Of a stretch of 64,000 bases of DNA, positions 36,931 to 49,985 are shown piece after piece. This stretch comes from Leptogorgia sarmentosa (taxonomy: Eukaryota), in contig OZ210885.1 of the NCBI GenBank assembly GCA_964658305.1, positions 22,692,001-22,756,000 on the forward strand, in the 5' to 3' direction. A program made the translations under genes and the position numbers. The notes under the pieces are model-generated. The model saw only the letters and a program-made list of their open reading frames with translations, did no database searches and was not told the DNA's origin. Numbering within the stretch: position 1 is the first letter of the stretch; every line of letters starts with the position of its first letter.

Positions 36931-37940
36931 ACATTATGTACTGTATGTATTGGTCCCAGAAATTTCTTTGGAATTCCAGAAAATATACAGGATTCAATTG
37001 AGGGGAAAGAAAATGTTTATTTTGACAATATAAGTTAAATAACTTTCAAATTTAAGCAGGAATATAGAACATTTTAGCCATTAAGATGCAATTGTAGAGT
37101 CTCCCCTTGACAAGTTTAATTATCTGGCTTAAGAGACATGCAACCGCAAAGTAAAATATCATAATTACATATTCCATTATTGGTGCAAAACAATTATTTA
37201 TCTCACTCTTGATTGCTATATTTATATTTGTTAATTCTAGATGCCACTAAGTTGGCAGATTTTTTGGGGTCTATGGTCCCAAAATGAAAAATATTTTTCC
37301 ACCCCTGATTAAGCACTTGTCCATCTGAGCATTGACAGGGGCTATTTACCTAATTGAAAGGTGTGGTCAGAAAACATCAAGGGATATTAATTCGCTTAGT
37401 ACAGTGTATCTGTAGTATAAAAGACATTTAGTTACACTGTACCTAAACTCATCAAAGGAATCACTGTTGAGACCAGAATAAATGCTTTTCACCTATTGAA
37501 TACAAAAAAAATCAAATTAATTTACTCAGTGGGTATATTGAAGCCAACTAGCAAACCATTCTGTATTTTTGTTAAGTCATTGCCAGTGTGAGGTTGGTCC
37601 CTTGACCAGCAACCACGTGATCTCGTGTTCGTGTTTCAGCCAATCAGCGCTCAGAAAGGGTTGTCCGAATAGAAATCCATTTTGCTGTATTCACTCGATT
37701 ATATCTTTCGTTATTCTTTATGAAACTAGTTGAAATTTTGTAATTATGTTTGCTTATGAGAACTATAGCTCTGACAAAAATATGGAATCGAAATAAAGTA
37801 TATTATGGGAGATATTCAGTTGTTTCAATCGAAAAATGGATTTCTATCTGAGAGCTAGTCCCAGTCCTTCTACGTGCATTGAGATCACCTGGAATGTGGA
37901 GGGCAAGTCATTAAAGTTTGTAGCCCATAACACTTATGTC

Positions 37941-40936
37941 CAGTGTTTCCACAGCCGAAGATCGAAATTTCCTTCCATCGCGTCCGAAATTTCCTTATTT
38001 TTGTCCAAAATTCCTTCCAAAAATCTCCAATTTTCCTTCCAATTTCCTTCACAATATTTGCTATAATGGTCACATTTCCTGATAGTGCAACGAATAAACA
38101 AGCATTGTATCAGATTGTAAGAACGTTCGTACGGATACTGAAAGTCTGAAAACCACCAAATCCCAATAAAAACCCACTTCTCAGTCCCTGGCAAACACGC
38201 AATGTTAATATTAGCAAACAATGACATGAAACAATATTCAAAGTTCTAATTGCCAAGTTTTAAAGAATAGTACTAGAGAACTAGAGAACAGTACTAAAGA
38301 ACAGTAGTTTAAAAAGTTATAAAAACATAAATTGAACTCTGTTGTAGACCTAGCTGTAGTACAGTCTACATTATTGACGTCATTAAGTGATTTATACAGC
38401 TGTCTTTCATGCACTTTTTAGCTGCCAAACAACTTATCAAGACATATTTTTCTTAAAGATATTGCTTCTTCGTCAGTGGCGCTAGATTTTATTTTCTGCA
38501 TGAGGTCCAAAATGTGTTCATTGAGCGGGAAGCTGCTCGCGTTGTAGTCCCCATTTCTCATTGCAAATTTGCACTGTAATAGGGCCACTAATGATGATGA
38601 TTTTAGTCGGTTACGCTCTTCTGTCTTGATTCTCTTAACGGAACTGAAGACTCTTTCAACCGCAGCGTTGGAGAATGGGAGTGAGGCAATAATTTCGACG
38701 AATTTTGCGAGGTTGGGGTACTTGGAATCTCCTGATGGGACTTTCATATCTTTCACAATTTTCCAATATTGGTCCCATTCCATGTCAGCATTCAGTTTCT
38801 CCTCGAAAACGTGCTCCCTCCACTCCTGGTCAAGCTTTGTGACATTTAAATCTGCTTCTAGGGAAGGCAGCTTTCTGACAATTACAATCAGAGATGGCAG
38901 GACTCTGTGTGCGGCTCTGGCTGGCGATGTGCACTGTACAATCTCGTGCATGTCGTCATTCAAATCAAAACGTTGTTGCACCTGGCGAATGCCTTCAATA
39001 AGGAAGTTTTTGCAATTGATCAGGAAATTGCGCACATCAACATCATCCTCGCGTAAGGTCGCCTTTATTTCGCCAAGTGTTGTTGTTGCCGCTACTCCAA
39101 GATACACATCGGCCAATGGAACATGGAAGGTGGCATTCGCTGGATCTATATCCTTAGGATTAGTGGCTTTAACATAGGTTATAGACATGAAGTCACTCGC
39201 AGTGGATCTGATGAGCTCCTCGACTTGATCTTTTAGGCAATGTAAAAGTGGCTTTTCACTCTGAAACAGGCGGTTGAAGTTGTTAAACCTCTCCAGTTGA
39301 AAGCTTAGAAATTCCAAATAGGCCAAGTTAAACTTGTTGTGGAGTGACTTCACAATTCGATCGTTTGAGTGGGTGGGGTCTTCGTTTGCCGCAAGAATAA
39401 AATAATTCTGTAACGGCACAAACTGTTCCAAAATGCGGTTAACACAAGCTTCTAGTGAAAGCCAGCGTGTTTGGCCAGGGCTGAGCAATCTATGTGGCTC
39501 CACATTATAAAATTGCTGAAACTGCTTGTACACGTCTTGGCGCTTTGATGAACGGTTGAAGTGGGCGAAAACGTTGCGGCATAAATCTTCTAGGCCTTTC
39601 GGCAGCTGTAAAGCGGCATATGAACTTGCCAGGTGGATAAGGTGGCAAGAACATTTGACAGCGACTACTTTCGGGTACTCACTCTTGATCAACTGGGCTA
39701 CTGAATTGTATTCACCGAACATCACATTGGTCGTGTCCGATGAATAACCAACAATGTTCTCCATTGGGATATGGAAATCTGTAAATGTTTTTTTGACGGC
39801 TTTGTAAATGCTTTTAGCAGTCCCATCGACCATTTCCACCATGTCAATGAGATACTGCTTTAACCGAAAATCTCCGAGATCGAAAGATGTAGCGAGGATG
39901 GCTAACTGCTTCGTGGTGCTCCTATCAGTCGTCTCGTCGATGATGAAACTGAACTTATGAGATCGCAATGCTGATATTGCCTCGTTTAAATAGTTGAAGC
40001 CGATCACCTGACGTACAACGTTTGTTGCCTTTTGTTTGCCAAGCATGACACGTTTTAATATGCCATCTCGTGGAAACAATGATCGGAGAAGCTCCACCAA
40101 GTCATCAGAGAGGGAGATTGGGAGGTTGTGTTCGGCGATGAACGAGCAAAGCTTGATTTCCAAAGATGCAGTTTCGTCTTGACAACTTGCTCTCTGGAAC
40201 AGGTCAGCTATTGTACCCGATGTAGTTGTGTTTGTAATTGATCGTTCATGCTTGGCGCTAGCCATGTGCCTCTTCAGCCCTGTTTTTGAACAGGTTACAG
40301 CCTTGTCACATGTTTTACAGAAAGCAGTTGCTTTGTTGTCCACGCCCATCTTTCTCACAAGCCACTTTTTGAAATTTTCATCGGTTAACCAGCTATCCAC
40401 AAAAACTTGTGGGTTTTTTCGACGCTTCTTCTTTGGTTCAGCAGATCCCGATCTGCTGGTAACTGGGTCTGCGTCGTCTTCCACCTCACCCTCCGATGAA
40501 GAAAGCATACTCTCGATCACGACCTTAGACTTAAAAGTGTTAAAACATCGAAATCGCATAGGCAGCACATGGCCGATTGTACAAAAAATACTTTAATAAA
40601 AAATATTTTGGAAAAACGATAAGATGAATCGCGCTAGAATGGCGTGATTGGGTTAAACCACGAAGTCAAGTATTGTGGGCGCATCTAGTACCGAGACTTC
40701 CAGTCCCAGAGTTCACATCACTTCAGATTTCAGAACTTCAGATGCGGGCTTGCGGCCGAGGCCTCTATTGTAGTTAGTTTTTTGTTTATTTTGTCAAATT
40801 ATAAGAGGAAAATAAAATTCTTTCTTATTTCCTTCCCCAAGTTTGAAATTCCTTCCAAATTCCTTCCAAAAAACATTTCCTTCCAAACTCCAAAAAATCC
40901 TTTTGGAAGGAAATTTCCTTCCAAGTGGAAACACTG
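37941..40936 (-). mobile_element. Full-length hAT transposon, about 3.0 kb
   Basis: Perfect 12-bp TIR CAGTGTTTCCAC. Perfect 8-bp TSD CTTATGTC at 37933-37940 and 40937-40944. Subterminal ccttcc motifs. Confidence 0.97.
38418..40568 (-). CDS. hAT transposase (ZNF862-like), uninterrupted ORF of about 700 aa
   Basis: Zinc finger 'FCKTC...RHMASAKH'. Motifs 'IIDETTD', 'SSDTTNVM', 'CSCHLIHL', 'TRWLS', 'PFSNAAVERVFS'. Confidence 0.93.
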   Translation of the reverse strand: MLPMRFRCFNTFKSKVVIESMLSSSEGEVEDDADPVTSRSGSAEPKKKRRKNPQVFVDSWLTDENFKKWLVRKMGVDNKATAFCKTCDKAVTCSKTGLKRHMASAKHERSITNTTTSGTIADLFQRASCQDETASLEIKLCSFIAEHNLPISLSDDLVELLRSLFPRDGILKRVMLGKQKATNVVRQVIGFNYLNEAISALRSHKFSFIIDETTDRSTTKQLAILATSFDLGDFRLKQYLIDMVEMVDGTAKSIYKAVKKTFTDFHIPMENIVGYSSDTTNVMFGEYNSVAQLIKSEYPKVVAVKCSCHLIHLASSYAALQLPKGLEDLCRNVFAHFNRSSKRQDVYKQFQQFYNVEPHRLLSPGQTRWLSLEACVNRILEQFVPLQNYFILAANEDPTHSNDRIVKSLHNKFNLAYLEFLSFQLERFNNFNRLFQSEKPLLHCLKDQVEELIRSTASDFMSITYVKATNPKDIDPANATFHVPLADVYLGVAATTTLGEIKATLREDDVDVRNFLINCKNFLIEGIRQVQQRFDLNDDMHEIVQCTSPARAAHRVLPSLIVIVRKLPSLEADLNVTKLDQEWREHVFEEKLNADMEWDQYWKIVKDMKVPSGDSKYPNLAKFVEIIASLPFSNAAVERVFSSVKRIKTEERNRLKSSSLVALLQCKFAMRNGDYNASSFPLNEHILDLMQKIKSSATDEEAISLRKICLDKLFGS

Positions 40937-41099
40937 CTTATGTCCACCCGAGTTCCAACCTCGTACCCAGGGTCTTGATCCTCGCTCGCCGCAGAGGAAA
41001 GACCCTGGTTGGGGCTGGTCACGTGATTAATTAAGAACACTCTGACTTGGGGGTAGAGGGGAAGTATTAAATTACTCCATAATTTATTCGCGTTCCGTC

Positions 41100-42708
41100 A
41101 TGTTGGACTACATTGTATTTCTATCGTGCTTAGAATTTGCGGTTTTAAATAGTTTATATCAGGACACTATTTTTAAACCAAAGCAGGTTATTTGCCTTGA
41201 GAATATTTATTTGAAGAAGGATGTAATGTGTGTTCTTCCAACGGGCTATGGGAAGTCTTTAATTTTTCATCTTTTACCGATGTTGTTATACGCAAAGCGC
41301 AGATTCGCTGATTGGAGATCGAAAAGTATTTTTACAGACGTTGTTCATTCGATTGTCGTTGTTGTGTCTCCATTGAACTCTCTGATGAGCGACCAAATAT
41401 CTCGTCTGAGCATGGGTGGTATTCGAGCTTCGATTATCAATGTTAAGGCACCAAAAACGGATCAAGATGCTGACGCTTTTGATGAAAATACGGAGGACGT
41501 TTTAGATGTTGACTTCAGTCGTTGTGAAGAAAAAATGTTACGTGATGGTCACTACCACATAGTTTTTGCGCACCCAGAAACATTGATTTCCACAAAATAT
41601 GGATGGGAGCTGTTGTTAAGCGAGACCTACCAGCAACATGTTGTGACAATTGTTGTTGATGAAGCTCATCGTATAGTTGACTGGTTAGTAATTTAATACT
41701 TATAATGTGTAGGCCTGTCTAGCTCAATGGCTTATGTGGGGTTTACTTGAAATTGTTATTAACAGGTCAGCCTATTCCAGATTTCAGAGATTTCAGTCTT
41801 TTTAATACTCTGTCTGTCTGATAGTATTTAATTCTGTATAATTTATTTTTTGCAGGGGAATTGAGTTCAGACGGGACTATGCAAAGTTGGGGGTGTTGTG
41901 TGCACTCTTCCCAGATGTCCCTGTTCTTGCAATGACAGCAACAGCAAGTCAGGCTGATATTATATGTATATGTGAGTCGTTAGGATTAAAAAATTGTGTC
42001 TACATTATTGGCTGCCCAGACAGAAAGAACATTTTTTATAGAAAATCATTCCGACACGGACAGGATATTGACAGCATTCAGTCAATATTAATGCCAGTTG
42101 CAAGAGGCCTTTTGCAGGAAAAAATCAACTACCCTCTTACAGTTATGTACGTACCATTGAAGTTGTGTGGTTTTGCGTACAAACTATTTGAGTATGTTCT
42201 TGGTGATGAACAATATTTCCCACCTGGTACAGCATCAATTCCAGAAAATAGGCTGTTTGCTCAATTTCATGCTCCTAAAACAGATCAAATGAAGGATGTG
42301 ATCTTGAAGCAAATGTGCTCTGGAAGAAGTATTGTTCGTGTGGTTTTTGCCACAGTAGCAATTGGAATGGGTGTAGATATTCCTGATATTCGCCATGTTA
42401 TCCATTTTGGACCTCCGACTTCAGTTAAGGCATACTTTCAAGAAACTGGGCGTGCTGGTAGGGATGGCAAACCTTCATCAGCGCATTTATATTACAACAA
42501 CAGAGACATTGCCAAGAATAGAATGGGTATGCAGGATGATATGCGCAATTTTTGCTCAAGTGATGACAAATGCCTTAGAAAACAATTAGTGGAATCTCTG
42601 GATTACACTAAAAAAATTACTATTAAACCGTTACACCTTTGTTGTGATGTTTGTGAAAAAAAATGCAACTGTTTTGAATGCATGCACAATTTAATGGAAA
42701 ACCTGTAA
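41100..42708 (+). CDS. RecQ-family SF2 helicase (exons 41100-41683 and 41856-42708), apparently intact
   Basis: Motifs 'LPTGYGKS', spliced 'VDEAHRIVDWGIEFRRDY', 'MTATAS', 'ATVAIGMGVD', 'QETGRAGRDG', zinc-binding 'CLR...CCDVC'. Confidence 0.92.
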
Positions 42709-43314
42709 TTTTCACTTAACTTGTCGCAGCTATTAGGCCTAGCTTATATGTTCAAACAGTTTGTTTGATCAAATGACAATGCACTTTACCCCAATTTCAT
42801 ATATTATGATCATTTCATTCTTGTATAATAGTTAGATAATTTACATTTGAGTGCGCCACTACATTAAATACCTATATTTGTTTGTGAAGCGTTTTTGTAA
42901 CATTTTGTGCTTGCGTGCCATGTGCAGGTGCAATCAGTGCAACTAGGTGTTATTAATAAAAAAATATACATTTATCTTCTTATAACATTTTTACAGGGCA
43001 TGTGGACAATCTAAAAGAACTCACAAATTAAATACACTGTTATTTTTGTGAGTTCTTTAAACCACAAATAACTGTAATAAAGGAATTTGAATTCTTTCAA
43101 ACATTAAATCAGACATAACTATTCATGTCTCAGGTTTGTAGTTGATACTGTTTGGCCAATTTAGTCGAAAAATTAAAACACTTTCATTGTATGAAATTTT
43201 CTATGCTCAAACCTGACCAAACCCTCGAGCTACATCTTATAATAAAATACAACAGGCTCCTGTTGAAATATTAATTATACACTATTTGGTGTACACTATA
43301 CGGTATACACTATA

Positions 43315-46300
43315 CTTCATCCGAGGCAGGATAGTGCATTTCAATATTGTTTTTGTGCCGGTCAACCCATGTAGTAAACTTTGCCCTATCAAATGAATGA
43401 GTTGGATCATGTGACATGTTTAAAAAGGATTCGAATGTTCTACCATCTTCCTCCTTGAATGGTCACAAATCTCGTAAGTCCTTTGAAATTAATTGTTCAT
43501 CCTTAGCAGACGACTTGTGGGAATGTGATGTTGATTTGGGTCGAATGTTCACTTGTTGCTCAAATGCCTGAACAATCTTGGTCACACCTCCTGTGGCTTT
43601 ACTTGCTCTTGTTATTGCATTTTCTGTTTTGTTGGCCCCCATGGATTGGATTAGTTTTTTCATCTCATTGTTTTTGTTTTCTTGAAACAGGTCAATCTCG
43701 ATGTTTCTGCCAACACCCCCTTTCCAACTAACCGTTGCAGCCCACTTGCAATGATGAGCTTCTGCTTCAGATAACAACACTTCAGATTGCAGGATATTGA
43801 TTAACATCTCGATGGCATACTCATTAAAACCGGGTGTTGAAAAGAAATGGATTAAGAGTTGTTTCCTCAAGACCGACAAATGTTCACCATTGCCTGTACG
43901 AACAGCATCTTTAAAATCCGCAAGCAACAAGAAACACTTCATGATGTTAACTGAGTAACACCAAATACCATCTGTCACCTTCTTATTGTCATTGCAGAAA
44001 ACAAACTCGTCCAAGAATGTGTCCAGGACACGAGTGATGTGGCTCTTCTGGTAATCTTCTTGAAAGATGTGTACACTATGAGGACCATTTGCTGTTGGTT
44101 TGCATTTTGCATCATTCATCTGGAAAAACTCCAAAAGGGCTTCGATTACAAAACACTTACCAACACTTAAAAAAAGCTGCTCACAGTCCTCATAGTGTTT
44201 GACATCAGCTGTGACATTCCTTCGGTTCAGCTTTTCCCTAAAGAATCGAAGGGTTCCTTTCTCTCTTCCTGAATTCTTGTAGAGTTTCTTGAACACGGTC
44301 TGAAAAGACAAACACAATAACCATTATTTAACCACCACTTCATAATAAACAGGCACTTTGTATACATTTCAATACCATAAACGGTGAATGTATATATTCA
44401 AATTTAACAATCAAGAAAAAACAATCTTGGTACATACTGGCTATGCTTTCACTCAAAACAATAATTGACATAATAGGAAATTGGTATTGTAGAAACCATA
44501 ACTATTCCTCATACCTTCAAGAAACTCCTCTTAGTATGCCAGTCAACAATCAGGAAGGGATACAGGTGGTCTAGTCGCTGCTTTTCAGAATGGCATCCAG
44601 CACGTAGATCTTTTGCCCCAGCCAGTCGGACTCGGGTGAGTTGATCACCAAAACATGGTATTTTAACACCATGCAATGGATCACTCTCAGATGTTGCAGG
44701 TGGTATATGTGAGGCAGGTTGGTCTGGCCTGGATGTGGTTCCAATAATTGGTGCTGTTTCATCAAAAAGGTCTGGTGATGGGGAACATAGTCCAGCAGCT
44801 GAATAAATTTCTTGGGTCCATGTCTCAAGCTGATCGAGAACATCCACACATTCGGAATATTTTTTTTCGTCTTTCATCAAGACAGGCATCGTTACAACTT
44901 CAGACTTAGTTGACATTTCTTTCTTGTATATACAATCTGTGTCTCCGGATATATGATTTTTGAACATTGAAAAGGCTTGGAAATGTTCAAACAAAATGTT
45001 GGCAACAAGTATTCTATAACGGTTTCGAATTGCCTCCAATTCCAGTCGATTGATATCCACCAACTGATGGACATTGCAATCTTTCAGGTCTTCCTGTGGA
45101 CCAGAATCAGGCAATCCTTCATTAGAAACTCGATTAAATACAATGCTTGTTGCCACAGCATGAACACTGCGGTTTTGAACATCTTGTCTCATGTCATGGG
45201 CTTTCTCCTCCCAATCAATGTTGTCAAGAACATAGACAAATTTATGGCCAGCCTTTACCAATTCAGCAGCACGGTCAACAAAGTGTTTGCCAATATCATC
45301 AAGAATTTAGCCTGTGCACAGACGGAAATGCCCTACCGTAATTTCCGTCTGTGAACAATCACGTCATTGCTTGCACGCGGATGTCAGCTTTAGTCTGATT
45401 TTTGATAATGGTTTCTCATTGGTTCGTAAGAAGATCACAAAGTACGAGCCTTACGATTGGCCCGTGCACATACAAACGACTGCATAATTAACGTTACATT
45501 ATAATTGAAAATGGCGGCTGTTTATGGCGAAGTCGAAAGTTCTTTCTGGGAACGTGCAGTTCAGAATGTTTTAAATGTATTTAAAATACCATCCTTGTAC
45601 GAAGAACAGAACGAAGCCTTACGTCACTCGCTCTCAGTAGTTCTTGTTCTTGCCTTCGAAGGTTCTCGAGTTTCTTCAGTTTATCCAAGCAGCATTTACA
45701 TATGTAAATTGACTTTACAAAGTCTACCGTGAAAGGCAATCCTGACAAAGATGTCCGAACATCAAACTTTCCCTTTCCATCAACCAAATAACGTTCGTAT
45801 GCCTTTTGTATTACCTTATGGCAAAGAACGCAGCTCATTTTCCAAAAGCACACTTCGAAGAACAACGAGACACGTACGTCATGTTTTTTTAGATACGCCA
45901 ATTATGTAAATAATTATGCAAATAATTATGCAAAAACATGCTAATCCCTCGATCACGTGGGGCAACCCGGTGCGAGCGCTGGTGCAAGCAATGACGCGAT
46001 TGTTCACAGACGGAAATTACGGTAGGGCATTTCCGTCTGTGCACAGGCTATCAAGAATTGGGTATTTCCTTGTTGGAACAAGGCATATCCCATATTTGTT
46101 CAAACGGGCAATCACCTAAGTGTTACAAGAGAGAACATATAAGTACAATATGGCGGCAACTGGTTTGCATGCTGGTTTCGATGTAATAACTTCCTTTTTA
46201 TTACAATAAAGTTCACATCAAGTACTATCATCATAATTCCATAGATAAATTCAAATTACTTACATTCGTAGCTGCTTGGCCTTCTATCAGCAAAATTGAG

Positions 46301-47385
46301 TTGATCCTTTGTATTCTGCTCAATTCATGGCACCGCAAAAACATCACAATACCATAAATTAAACAGACAGCAGGATTTTTCTTTTCTGGGCGGATGCTGC
46401 ATTCCAGTATGGACATCAGGATGTTGTTTACAGTTGGACATTTGGTTGCCAGCTCCTCCAACACTTCAGACATCCAACTATCAGCTGACATACCATCAAA
46501 CGATCTTTGCCGTAGTACGGATGACTCACTCCTTCTAGCAACCTCTATTAATTCCTTATTTGCTTTAACCAATACATACTTAATCTTAAAAATAGAAATA
46601 CAGGCATTTTTATAATAATAATAATCTTTTTAGAGTAAGCCTATTCACTTACCAAGTGGTTTTCAAGTTTACATTACTAACAGTTCACAAAACAATTAGA
46701 AGCCTTGTTAATAATTTAGGCAACTTATAATGGCTAATAATCACACAAAGTGAGACAGTCATGTATGAATGACACCATTCATTGATTTTATGAATGAAAC
46801 CATTGTAATACAACACTATGGTCCATTGTTGGCAAATGAATGAATTATTCATATTCTAATATGACTCATCAACAGCGCAAAATATTCCAGTAGAACAACC
46901 TATGAATATTGGAACAATTACGAAATAATATAAATCTATAAATATAAACATATACATACATGCGAAGACGATGTGGGACTTTCATCAGCAGCAACATTGA
47001 AATCGATGCTGCGTCGACGTGAACTACCAGTTGCTTGAGCTTCGTTGGCAGGTTTCACAACGGACGGCGATAGCTCCACACAACGTTTTGTACGAAAGTC
47101 TTCTCGTAGTTGTTGCTGCGTTTCACTAATCGTCCTCTTAAACTGTATCACAGTATTTGTTCTCCTTTCGCACGGCTGACAAACCAAATGAGGCAGATCA
47201 GCACTGTGTGGTAACTCGCCACCGAAGAGACTTTCCGCGTTGCGTAAAATAGTGCGATTCGAATCTCGGAACACATTTTTACTGTATTGTGGATCCGTAA
47301 CAGTATTGCAAAGTCTGCGGTGTGAATTGACTGTCGATCCAGAGGACTTTTTATAGAGCTTTTTTGGCGTGCCTTTGCTAGCCAT
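43315..47385 (-). pseudogene. Academ transposase, multi-exon, disrupted by a nested insertion and a stop at 43463
   Basis: N-terminal Cys finger. Motifs 'YVLDNIDW', 'GDQLTRVRLAGAKDLR', 'DWHTK', 'DAVRTGNGE', 'NIEIDLFQENKN'. Confidence 0.82.
45308..46050. mobile_element. Non-autonomous AcademH deletion derivative of a different family
   Basis: TIRs of about 70 bp, TAGCCTGTGCACAGACGGAAATGCC... 9-bp TSD TCAAGAATT at 45299-45307 and 46051-46059. Retains a helicase-like start on + and a Cys-finger start on -. Confidence 0.88.
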
Positions 47386-49845
47386 CGACACGAGTTGAAT
47401 AAGCGGTGGTTCGAAATTTGATCTATTGCCATGCTTATAAAAATGTAATTTAATAGTAGTTCATTTGTTATTCAATCCATGACAGCAAGTGGAAGTGACG
47501 TACGATGAATTTTCAAAATACAAAAGACTACAAATAACATTTTGTAGCTTTATTCCATCTGTGCTTCGACTATATTTTAGTCATCATCTCAGGATAGATT
47601 TTGAACATATCCCCTACCACCCTTCCCTTAGTATATTTTAAATTTACCACCCAAAATCTGGGTGGCACGTGACCAGCCCCAACCAGGGTCTCTTTCCTCT
47701 GCGGCGAGCGAGGATCAAGACCCTGGGTACGAGGTTGCCCGAGTTCCACCTTAGATGCTAAATTATATTCTTGCATGGAATGTTTGCACTATAGAATGCT
47801 ACAGTCTGTGGATAATTGTATAATTTAAAACTAATGATAAAAAGTATACACAGGTAAAATAGTTAAAAATCTTTGATAAAAACCTAAACATTTCCCACTA
47901 TACAGGGATAACAGCATAGAACTTGATTAGTAGACAAATCTGTATATACAGCCTGTAGTTGAACTTTTACGTTTTTCTTATTTACTTGTTTTGTAAACAA
48001 GTGTATCCTTTTTATCATAATATTGATTACAATCAAGTGATTTACGGTATTGTTGTTGGTGCTGTTGCTGTTGTTGTTGCTGTTAATTGTTTTCATTGTC
48101 ATCATTGTAATTGTTATTGACTGCAATTGCTGTTCTATCAGTACCAATATACTGTTGCTGTTTACTGTTCATGTGCTTTGGCATGCAGTACTCCAAATGA
48201 AATGGAAAAAAAATAATACAAATTTACCCATTTTGGTAAAAGAGAAGATTTATTAATCATGTCCAACATGTCGCAGAACTTTTGCAGAGACACTTGACAT
48301 TCCAATACAAGTGCTTCAGCCAACTCCATCAGCTTCAGGTGAAATGCTACCACAGGTCGTTTAGCAGAGTTAGGCCATAAAGACATCTTTAATAATGTCA
48401 CCACATCACTTTCACATTCACAGAAAACTATTTGCTTCTGATGTTGTCATCCTTTAACAAAAATTAAGCTATTTAGTACGGTACTACAACAAAGTAGCAA
48501 ACTGTATTTCTTGTAAAATTAAATGTTAAACTTTTGGGAATATTGTTAAATTACGTACAACATGAGATTGAATGCCATTAGTTCAAACTATAGTATAACT
48601 GTATTCTTAGGAAAAATCCTCACAGAACAGCCAAATATAAAATATTGTATTAAATTAATGAACTGCTGCAGACAGTACTTTTCATTATATTATACATGTC
48701 ATTCTTCTACACCAACTTCAACCTGTTTTGCAGGCGTTTTGAACAAAAATGCCTACCACTTCAGATGTGCACATCAATGTACAAGTAGCCAGTTCAACAA
48801 AAAATGAAGCAAAATAAGCATACATGTAGTAAGGGACTTATCCTGGATATAGGACATTGCATGTACAACAGTCACTGTTTTGCAACAGCAATTTATGAAG
48901 GTTCACCTGTTGTCTCGCATGCAAATGCTGGAAAAAGTGAAACGTTATTGAAAATTGGAAATTACATTAGACTTGTTAACCTGTTTCAGGTGGGCTGATT
49001 TTGGTTGACAGCCTGAGTTTTCACTTAAAATTAAATGCCACATAAATGAGGGCTGTTTCATACAATATTCTTTACCATCCAGTGCTTTAATTACGAAGTG
49101 ACTAAATGACTGGCAGCCAGTTATTTAAATTTTGTCACTAAATGACCGGCAGTACTTCTTTTGGAGTATGCAAGCAGTATTAAAATGTATAAACACTTTT
49201 TATACACATGAATTCAATGGTTCAAGTTAGGGTTACCGTAGTGGTTTTATAGGTCACCTCTCATCCCATGGTTCTTGAGTGTCAAATCCCAGTGTCAAAT
49301 CACATTATTATTTAGTCCCCCTTATTTTTTGGACAACATTGTTTGAGATTTCTTCCTAGGGTTAGTGTTAAGAATATGGTACCGGTACTGAAACTGCTGC
49401 TTGTTTAAGTAGTAAAGTCTAAATGACCGGCTTGGACAGGTCATTTAGTCACTTCATTTAATTTTCTCTAAGCAACAGAAGTAATCAAATGTACAGTATA
49501 TGTATCACTTGGAAATTGTAGCCTTACCATGCTGATCAATGCACACAACATTTCTGGGGCTGGATGTGGGGCAATTTCTTTGATGCAATAAACTCATTGG
49601 TTTCTGGTTTATGAAGAATGGAACAAAACAACCATCCTGTAGGTTGAAAGCATACACATTGAGAAATCTCACAAAGGTGCATCAGGATTTGTCCAGAGCA
49701 AGCTTGTCCAGAGCAAGCTGTTATCGAGTTGTGACAGGGCTGTTAAGTTCATCAAGCACTGTATCTATACAGCCTTGTGGATATCAAGTCGACTTAATAA
49801 GGTGATGCCTGTGGGATGAATCATGCAGCTAGAACAACTTGTAGC

Positions 49846-49985
49846 AAGGGTGAAAGGTGGTGAATTGCTAAATCGGTTTAGGTTGCTAATGTTTCAAGCG
49901 CAAGCCCTCCATCAGAGCGAAAGATGAAGAGCTTTCAACTGAAATGTCAGCAACCTAATCAGATTTGGCAGTTCACCACCCTTCA
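49846..49985. repeat. Inverted pair of Penelope-like terminal motifs with degenerate hammerhead-like cores
   Basis: gttgctaatgtttcaagcgcaagccctccatcag / gatgaagagctttcaactgaaatgtcagcaac. A similar single remnant lies at about 35465-35490. Confidence 0.45.

Larger units (their letters stand above)
40956..47737. mobile_element. AcademH DNA transposon (RecQ-type helicase plus Academ transposase, convergent)
   Basis: TIRs of about 70 bp, CAACCTCGTACCCAGGGTCTTGATCC... Perfect 9-bp TSD CCCGAGTTC at 40947-40955 and 47738-47746. Confidence 0.93.

Noticed and set aside
41100..42708. Host RecQ/BLM/WRN gene
   Set aside because: It lies between TIRs with a 9-bp TSD opposite an Academ transposase, so it is element-encoded.
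47884..48256. Asn-rich and Leu-rich short ORFs
   Set aside because: They arise from a degenerate (TTG/CTG)n microsatellite in an intron.
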